Shown here piece after piece: positions 55,601 to 64,000 of a DNA stretch of 64,000 nt. Every line of letters starts with the position of its first letter. Position 1 is the stretch's first letter. The DNA is from Geosiphon pyriformis uo1 (lineage: Eukaryota > Fungi > Glomeromycota), in the NCBI GenBank assembly GCA_016748015.1, contig JAAOMT010000226.1:478604-542603 (forward strand), given 5' to 3'. Below the pieces are notes generated by a model. That model ran no database searches. It saw nothing but the letters and a program-made list of their open reading frames with translations, and was not told the origin of the DNA. Both the position numbers and the translations under genes were made by a program.

Positions 55601-56983
55601 ATGAACACACAAAAATATCAACAACTTTAACATTATATAAACACTCAACAATTCAAGGAGAATTTATCTCAACCAAAACAAAAGAGAATCAAACAACAAT
55701 CCAAATATTTTATTACTCACCAAAATATATTTTATCAGAAAAATAGAAAAGATTCAGATCAATCAACCAGAGTAATTACAGAACCAGAAAAGGAGACAAT
55801 ACTGTTCAACATGCACTCAGATCTAACTGCAGGACATTTTCATAAAAAAACAACCATGAAAAGAACCAGAAAGAGATACTATTGGTCATCAATGTATCCA
55901 AACATCATCCAATATGTGCAAAATTGTGATGCTTGTCAAAGAAAAGAAGGAACAAGACCCAGCAAACCATTGAGACCAATCAAAGTGGAACAACCATTTA
56001 ACTGTATTGGAATTGATTTAGTTGGACCATTAACAATTACCAGCAGAGGCAACAGATATATTGCAGTAGCCATAGACTATATTACTAAATGGCCAGAAGC
56101 CAAAGCAATTCAAAGAGCAGATGCAGAATCCGTTGCCAAATTTGTCCATCAAGATCTGATTTGTTGACATGGATGTCCAAAAAAACTATTATCAGACCAA
56201 GGAACCCATTTTGTGAATAGAACATTAACAGAACTAAGCTGAAGATTCGAAATTAAGAGACCACTATTATTATCATACTATCCACAAACCAATGGATTAG
56301 TTGAAAGATTTAATAGAACATTGTGTGAAGCAATAGCAAAACTCAGCCAAAAAAACCAGGACAAATGAAATTTGTTCATACCATCAGTATTATTTGCTTA
56401 TTGGACAATGAAGCAAGACACCACACAAGCAACATCATTTGAATTAATATATGGTAGAACAGCAACATTACCAGTTGAGATAGAGGTTAACACATATTTA
56501 ACTAAACCAATAACAGAAGAGAATTTCCAAGAAACATTGTTAAGAAGAACATATGACTTAATGGAAACATTAAAAAACAAATGAAGAAGAGCAGCTGATA
56601 ATATACAAAAGTTACAAAAGAAACAGAAAAAAAAACATGATAATCAACTACCAGACAAACCAGTTGAATTCAAGATTGGAGACAAAGTACTCTTACATTG
56701 TACCAAAGCAGAAAAACAATGGAGTAGAAAATTTGACTCCAAATAGGATAGACCATTTCACATAAAAGAAATTCTAGGGAATAGAGCTTATAAATTAAGA
56801 CTGGATAACAAAATCTTAACCAAAGCAGCACATAGAAATTGACTAAAACCATACCATAACATCACACCACTATCTACCAGTAATATTTCACAATTAGGAG
56901 TACAGAAGATACTAGTCTAACCAGAAGAGATTCCACGAGATCTGGAATCAATCATCATCATTGACAACAACACGTTAAATTAA
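55601..56983 (+). pseudogene. B integrase, separate ORF (~460 codons)
   Basis: MNTQKYQQL.., MHSDLTAGHF..CDAC, IGIDLVGP, SDQGTHF, NGLVERFNRTL. No chromodomain after the GPF-like region. Confidence 0.9.
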
Positions 56984-57007
56984 TTCATCAAAAAAATATA
57001 TAAAGAC

Positions 57008-57667
57008 ATGATAGATGTGACAAGAAATATCAGAAAAATATAAATTACAGACAACATCCACTCACTAGCACAACAACTCTTTCAATTGATTCAACACCAA
57101 GAGATAAAAATTACAATTAATCAACAAATCATCTAATATCAAGACACTAGAAAGACATCATTACATAGAACACAGAAGAAAACAGAAAATACTATTGACA
57201 AAATTATTGCGAAAGTAAAATTAGCAATAAAAGAGTCAACAAAAGAGTCACTATACTAAGAGTTGACTAAAGAAACTTGGAATTGGTGGATACAACAATT
57301 TCCAAGAAACTATTGTTATTTTTACTTGGGACAATACATGAATATCCAGAATCTATATACAGATAAAACAAAGCGATTATTCGACACAAGAATACTATAA
57401 CAATTAGAACATTTTTTGGAAAAAAACAACTTATCCACACAGGCCCAAGCCATATACTGAATACACATAGCATTTCAGGATCGACTAGAAATCTTACTCA
57501 ACAAAGCAATGGATACAGTTACCAGTAATCAATTAGGAAAGATTATCAACACTCAATTTGAAGAATTACAGACTCAAATAACACAAGTAATTCTCAAAAA
57601 TGAAATTTAGGAAATACTTTAAAAAAGGGAATTAACAGAGTTAGATTTCAATGGAGCTCAATATTAA
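57008..57667 (+). pseudogene. B ORF3, ~219 codons
   Basis: One frame with stops explicable as CAA/CAG/CGA transitions; QAIY*IHIAF..QLGKIINTQFEEL..FNGAQY*. Confidence 0.8.
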
Positions 57668-57680
57668 AAAGAGAGAATAA

Positions 57681-58516
57681 TGTTACTCATAGAAATATAG
57701 AAAATATATATTAGCATAGTTATTAATCAATCAGAAATAAATATAGTAAAATGTAGAATTCCAGGATTCCTTTCAGGAATTGCAGGATTCTAGGAATTAC
57801 AGAATTCTCACAAGGAATCGCAGGATTCCAGAATTCTAAGATTCCTCTTAAAGGAATTGCAGGATTCCAAGAATCCCAGGATTTTTATTGTGAAGAATTG
57901 AGGAATTGAGGAATCTCAATTATGTATATATAGTAGTAAAATTAGAAACTAAAAAGAGAGACCTCCAAGTTTAGATTTCATTTAAACAATTTTTCAAACA
58001 CAATAAATAACTATTTGGTATCTCAAACCTAATTCCACTATCAACACTCCATGTTGATAGTAATTGATACTTAAACACACTGAAACAATAGCTCTTGATT
58101 ATGGCTATTGACAGGATACTGACTTGCAAAATTACCTTGGCTTATTTATGATTTTCTTTTATTTTTTTTATTTTGATTTTATTGTTGTGTACTAATTGGT
58201 TGAATAAAGCACTAGATTACTAATATCAAGGATTGCCTGGTAAAAGACCCCTGCAAGAGGGTAGAACACGTACAGAAGATATGGAATACTTATCAGAAGA
58301 TTGCTGGCCATCATGCCAAGAGAAAAATTGACAGAATTGCGATTCTGAGAAACTACAAATAAAACTACTATTGAATCTCTGTCTATTATACAAAGAACTC
58401 AACCCAAAACCTTTAGATACAAAACCTTCAGATTAATAACATTAATGCAAATAACTTTTAGCACCAAGTTACAGGTTTGTTATTTGATTCAACACTCCAA
58501 ATAATCACTCATAACA
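57681..58516 (+). repeat. 3' LTR of B
   Basis: TGTTACTC...CATAACA; direct repeat of 48359-49220. Confidence 0.95.
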
Positions 58517-61221
58517 ACAGATACAAGTTTTATATTCCTCTTCTGGAGAAATACATGTTTCTATTAATGAAAGTTTCTTGTTGCAATCTTTGCATTTAAG
58601 TGGAATATAGGGTGGTTGTTTTTATAGTTCTGGTGTAGAATATCTAACTTTTTTCTATCCTCTTAATTCTTCAAAAATCTTCTGTTTTGTTTCTTCAGCC
58701 CAATTGGATATTGATCTAAAAGCCATGTAGATTTTAGTAAATGACATTTTTTTCTTCTTTTCAAATTCAAATATTGGGGCTTTTTCTGATTGTTTGTTAA
58801 AAGTACCACAAGTAGCAAGTACTATGGTGTATTGTTCTTGGTATGAGATTTTTAATTCCTGAGTTTCCCAATCCAAGTTTGCATTGGCCTTAAGAAGCCA
58901 ATCATTTCCGACCAGAGCTTGGTATTGGAGTGCATCCATGACTAGAACTTTGACTAGAATGGTGATTTTATCAATAGTAAATAGAAAATTGTCAATTTCT
59001 CCTACTGGTGTCTTTTTTATATTATTTGCTGTAACAATTACAGTTTGGGCTGGTCTGTCAACAGTTCTTTAAAGCTGTTGCATTAACTGGTAGGTGATAA
59101 TACTTTCAGCTGATCTATTGTCTAGAATTAATCAGATGGATTTTCTTTCTATTGTAGCTTTAGTGTACATGGCAATGATAGCTCTTTGTTCATTAGCTGC
59201 TGTATTACTAAGCAAGAATGGTGATTCATTTGCTTTAAATTCGAATGGGAATATATCTAAAAGATTGGCATTTTGGGCAATTTGAGCTGGTGAAATAGTG
59301 TTGTTGGAAGGGTTTGATCTGAGTGCTGCAACTTCATTTTCAGAAAGTGCAGGTTGTTGAAAATCCGATTTTTCTGGTATTGTAAGATAACTGGGTTAAG
59401 TATGATAGTAATTGGGTTTTTGCTGACCAGAATTTCAGAGAACTAACTGGTTATTTGGATTGATTCTGTTGTTGTTATTCTGAAATTGATTTTGGGATGT
59501 GAATTAGTTATGTTGAACCAATCTTCTTGCTGGTACTTGATATTGTTAAGTGGGTGGTATCTGATATGGCTGAATTGATAATGGTTGCTGATATTGTTGC
59601 TGTATTGGTTGTGGAGCTGGTTGATAATAACTGTTTTGATTTGTGGTCTTGGTAAATAATAAGTTGGTGGTGAAGATTGGTAATAAGATTGTTGTGGTGA
59701 AGAGTAACGTTGATTACTCCTGTTTTGTTGGTCTCTTTGTAATTTTTTACAATCTCATTTCCAATGTCCTGAAATTCCATAATAATGACAATTTTGAGGT
59801 TGGTTATAGGATGGTGATCCAAAATAGTTTTGGTTGTGTCGTTGTGAGGGTTGATATCTTTGTGGTTGTTGTTGCTGTTGTTGTTGGTTTGTGAAGTAGC
59901 TTTCAACCTTCTTTGTGAGTTGGTCTATCTTCTCTTCAGCTGCTGAACTGGTTTCTCCAATAGCTAAGTTGACAAGTTTGGTGTGGTTTGCTTCTTTTAT
60001 AGCCATTTCATAGTTCTTTGCATGTCTGATGGCAGTTGCTAAGTCTGTTGGTACATGTAGATGGACTTTCTTAATCAATTTGTCTTTTAATCCTGCTATA
60101 AACTGATCCAGAATCTGAGCATTAGAATAGTAGTCATTGGTTTCCAATTGTCAAATTCATCGAAGAAGTTTGTTGAATTTCCCAAGATAGGTCATAACAG
60201 TTTCAGATGTTTTTTGTTTGATATTGTGAAAGCAATTGTGGAGAGTGATAGAGGTGTTGTTGTCAGTGAATTGTTGTAAAAAAGCATCTTTAAATGCTTG
60301 TTAGTTTTCAAATAGTTCTTCTAAATTTTCAAACCATTTTTCTGCTGTTCCTTGGAGAAAGTAGGAAATTGCTTTGAGCATTTTTGCTGCAATCCAACCA
60401 TTTGCATCTTCTGCTTTTTGAACTTTGTCAAGCCATTTTTGAGGACTGGTATCATTGTCTTCACCAGTAAATTCTGGAATTTTTACAATGTAAACAGTTG
60501 TCATTTCTTCTTTGTTTCTTATGATTTCTTCTGGTTCTGATTTAGTTTCTTCAATTTTCAAGCTTTCTGAATGATTACTTTTATTTTCCTGTAAGTAATC
60601 AATGATATTGGCACTTGTTGATATTGGTTCTTGTTGTTGAATAGGATTTCTAGGTGACTGAAAATCTTCTGGTCTGGAGAAACGGTTAAGTAGTGAACTT
60701 GGTGTTTGTGGTTGAACAAGTAAAATTAGAAATAGTGTAATAGAAAGTAGTAATTTGACACTGGTTCCTTGTTCAGGTGTTTACAAGTGTTTGGCAGTTG
60801 TCTTTGGTAATATTGAAGTGTTTGGAGTGGTTCTTAAGTATTGTTTCACTTTTTGTTTGTCTTTGTTGCTTGTCTTTGTTTCTGATTCAAAGTTAAAAGA
60901 GTATTTGGGCTGTACTGGGTATTTTTTTTCACAATACTCAATAATATTAAAATTAAGTTCTTGGAAGTAGGTAGCTAGTGTTTCACTGTTCAGGTCTTCT
61001 GTTCCCAATTGTGAATAGTGCACTAAATTATTGTAGAGATTGCTTCTAACTTCTGAAATATTGTAGTTTCTAAAAAGATAATTGTTGATACAATTTTCAA
61101 TGTATTGGTATACTGATTTTTTGACAACTTCAATTTCGTCTGAGATGTTGAATCTTTGCTTGCAGTGGGTGTAAATTGACTGATAATACTCTAAAGTTGT
61201 TGTGTTTGGTGTGGTCGCCAC
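58517..61221 (-). pseudogene. A2 gag-protease (5' part)
   Basis: GTG start, KIPEFTGEDND capsid region, QILDQFIAGL, degenerate CCHC knuckle, LILDNRS protease. Confidence 0.9.
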
Positions 61222-61266
61222 TTTGAATTTGTTGTTGCTGTGTTATTTCTATGGGAAAGCACCAAA

Positions 61267-62235
61267 TGTTACTGGAGGTTTTTGGTCTCTTTTCTTAAAT
61301 GTTATTAATGTTAATTTGCTGTGAATTCACGTTTCCAGGAAGTAGTTGGACCTCCAGTAACTGAATTTATTTTCAAATTATCTCCTATAATTTGAATTGC
61401 TGAACTTATAAGTAGAATGACCAATTTCTTACCAGTTACTTTATGTAGTTATGTTATAGTAAACATCAACTCTTTCCCAGTAATTGCTCATCTGGAAGCT
61501 CACTAAAAATGTGTAGTTACTTTGCTGTGAAAGTCAACTCTTTTACAGGAATCTCATCTGTAGGCTACCTTAATGATTATAATAAGAAAAAAAAAAAAAT
61601 ATAAAAGAAATATAAAAGAAATAAAATTTATCAAGAGAAACATTTTCTATCCAGACCTGGAGTCACTAACAGATTACTGATATTGGTAGCTAATCAATTT
61701 CAAAATATTAGTTGTGTTGAGAGAATTTCAAATGTAATAATTAAAGGATTTGGTTTTCAAATATTTAATTTTTATTTGAGATATGTAAAAAGTAATTTGT
61801 TCTAATTAAGATACCTAAAATAAGATACTATAATAAGATATGAGAAGATACATTTTCTTGAAAAGAAAAGCTCTTCTTTTATACAACTTGTTGTAGTACT
61901 AGTCTTTGAACTTGCACTTTTCTCTTTGCTATAATTTGGGTGAACTAAAGATACATTTCGGCGAATTTACAAGTTATTTCACTGAATTATTGATTATTTC
62001 GGCAAATTTTCATTAATTTCGGCGAATTTTGACTATGTTAAAAGGTTCAGGGTATTGTGTAATTTGATCATCTTAATTTCTAGAGTACAAATCGGATTAT
62101 TGATTGAGTAATGATATTTGATAATTTGATTAAATAATAAGTAATAATCGAATTAATAATAATGTATGCTAATTAATAATAGGAATTATAAGGATAATTT
62201 CATGCTAATTAATAGCTAAAATTCTACTGGTAACA
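61267..62235 (-). repeat. 5' LTR of A2
   Basis: TGTTACTGG...CTGGTAACA with adjacent PBS TGGTGCTTTCCCATAG. Confidence 0.94.
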
Positions 62236-62943
62236 CCAGGCTATCATGAAGTCTATTCTCAGACAATTAATTTTACTATGTTGCCACTCCACCAAGAATA
62301 AAGAAAAGAAAAGAAAGAAAGAAAGAAAAGAAAAGAATTAGTATCATCAATTGTCATGATCAAAAGCAACTGGTCTAAATTGTTAATAATTCAAGACAGT
62401 TATATTAAGAACATCTGTCCTAAAACAAAAGTACAAAACAATAGTTAATTCATGTAAATTCTACAAAGTTTAAGAACATAAATTTGTGATTCTGATTTCT
62501 TAATAATTAATTTATTTCAGAAGATAAATATGAAATAGAATAAATAATAGAAAGAGTAAGAATATTTAATTCTTGTCTAATGATTTGTATCTCTTTTGTC
62601 ACTTTTTCTAACTTTTACAACTATTCGTTTTTTATTTATTCTTTTGGTTTTATAAGATTGCTTTTGATTGTTTTGTTATTGCTAATTATTGTTTTGTTAT
62701 TTCTGTTATTGCTTTATTCTTTTATATTATTTTTAATTATTCTATGTTATAATGTATTATCTAGTGTTCTTACATATTATTCTGTGTTATCTCACATTGT
62801 GCTGCATTATCCTGTATTATCCTAAATTATAATGCATTTATCTAATGTTATTGTGTACTATTCTGTATTATGTTATATTTTGGTCACATTTTTTTATAAC
62901 TTTGGATCAGTTTTTCTACTTGGATAATATTATCTCTCTTTTT

Positions 62944-63368
62944 TTAGAATTGAGCTCCTGTAAAATTGTATGTATCTGTTATTATAGCTTTATTTGTGTT
63001 GTGTTTGATGATTGTGTTGAATATAATTCTTTGTAGATTTTCGAATTGTTAATTGGTTATTTGTTCTATATTGTTAACTGTTATAGTTTTTATAGATCAA
63101 TACAACAATATATTTGAACAATATTAGAAAGCAGTGTATAATCAGTATATTGCTTTGTAATATAGGGTCAGATTGCTTTTCTCTATGAATTTTTTTACTT
63201 GTTGTATTGCTTTTTTGTTAAAAGTTTTCTGGCTGAGGTCTCTATATAGTGTCTTTAAATCTAGTTGTTTACTAATTTTGTAGAACCAATATGCTGAAGG
63301 AAGTTTTTCTTTCTATTTTTGGGTATTGTTTAGTGTTTATTCCCCTGTTTTGGAGAGATTGATCTCAT
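62944..63368 (-). pseudogene. C2 ORF3 C-terminal half
   Basis: AYWFYKISKQLDLKTLY..KAIY*LYTAF..QITN*QFENL..FTGAQF*; clearly homologous to B ORF3. Confidence 0.8.
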
Positions 63369-64000
63369 TGTTACTCATAAAAAGAAAACAGATATAGAAA
63401 AATAGTAGGCCAATAAGAAAGTAGTAGTTAACACATGAGCACATTGTTCAGCAATGTAGAGCAATATCAGAAATTACAACACATCACTCAACAATGTGGA
63501 GCAATGTCAAAAAAATATAGCACATTGCTAAGCAATATGAGCATTGCTTGAGAAATTATAGCACATTGTTCGAGAATATGAGCAATCTCATAAAACCAAA
63601 TTATGTATATATAGTGGTAGCATTAGAAGTAAAAAAGACAGACTTCTCAGTTTAGATTTTATCTAAGTGATCTTTTCATCCACAAATATCAATAAATAAT
63701 TATTTTTTATCTCAAATCCACTTCCATTATCAACACTTCATGTTGATAATAATTGATACTTAACCACATTGGAACAATAGCTCTTAATTATGGCTATTGA
63801 TGGGATACTAACTTGCAATTGCTTTTGTTTAAAATTCATTTATCTTCTTTTATTTTCTTTGTTTTACTAAAATTGATTAAGGATTAAGTGCTGAGATACA
63901 GACATCATAGGACTGGTAAAAGACCTGTGAAACAAGGGTAGAACACTCATAGATTTGGGAATAGCTTACCAGGAGAATTACTGGCCACCATGCTAAGAAA
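63369..64000 (+). repeat. LTR of Gypsy family D copy D2, inserted in C2 ORF3 and truncated by the window end
   Basis: Starts TGTTACTCATA; homologous to the reverse complement of 2929-3844; left flank TCAT. Confidence 0.88.

Larger units (their letters stand above)
48359..58516 (+). mobile_element. Full-length Ty3/Gypsy element B (10.16 kb) nested in A2
   Basis: LTRs 48359-49220 and 57681-58516, perfect 4-bp TSD ACAG (48355-48358, 58517-58520), PBS 49223-49239, PPT ~57666-57680. Confidence 0.96.
42186..62235 (-). mobile_element. Full-length Ty3/Gypsy element A2, inserted in the C2 LTR and itself interrupted by element B
   Basis: LTRs 42186-43153 and 61267-62235, PBS ~61248-61264, PPT GAGGAGGAGA. 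Right flank CCAG; the left junction fits TSD CCAG plus a 3-nt deletion. Confidence 0.92.
41854..64000 (-). mobile_element. Gypsy family C copy C2: 3' LTR (41854-42185 + 62236-62929) split by A2, then PPT and ORF3; body continues beyond the window
   Basis: The rejoined halves (~1.02 kb) match C1. PPT AAAAAAAGAGAGATAA on the minus strand at 62930-62945. Left flank ATAT. Confidence 0.85.

Noticed and set aside
56640-56983. Chromodomain at the integrase C-terminus
   Set aside because: Only a short tail ending E(P/S)IIII(E/D) follows the GPF-like region; no aromatic-cage pattern.

Overview
AT-rich eukaryotic, intron-containing fungal DNA. From recall of the repeat-encoded proteins it looks like a Glomeromycotina genome (Geosiphon-like); this is unverified. 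Only one intact host gene is supported: a 3-exon, 608-aa membrane GT2 glycosyltransferase (21840-23955). It sits in a ~6.5-kb single-copy island flanked by extremely AT-rich DNA. Almost everything else is nested, transition-riddled transposon DNA: three LINE remnants, a 4.26-kb pogo-type DNA transposon carrying gene fragments, and at least seven Ty3/Gypsy copies or LTRs from four related families (here called A-D). The most unusual signal is the architecture shared by these Gypsy families: (i) Gag apparently starts at a conserved GUG and has an N-terminal helical extension; (ii) Gag, protease, a Cys-rich domain, dUTPase, RT and RNase H are read as one frame that stops after RNase H; (iii) integrase is a separate ORF with its own AUG; (iv) a conserved non-Env ORF3 abuts the polypurine tract; (v) target-site duplications are 4 bp and centred on a pyrimidine-purine step. 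All repeats show RIP-like, both-strand C>T/G>A hypermutation that spares the host gene. Alignments, translations and counts were done by eye, so boundaries of degenerate remnants are approximate.
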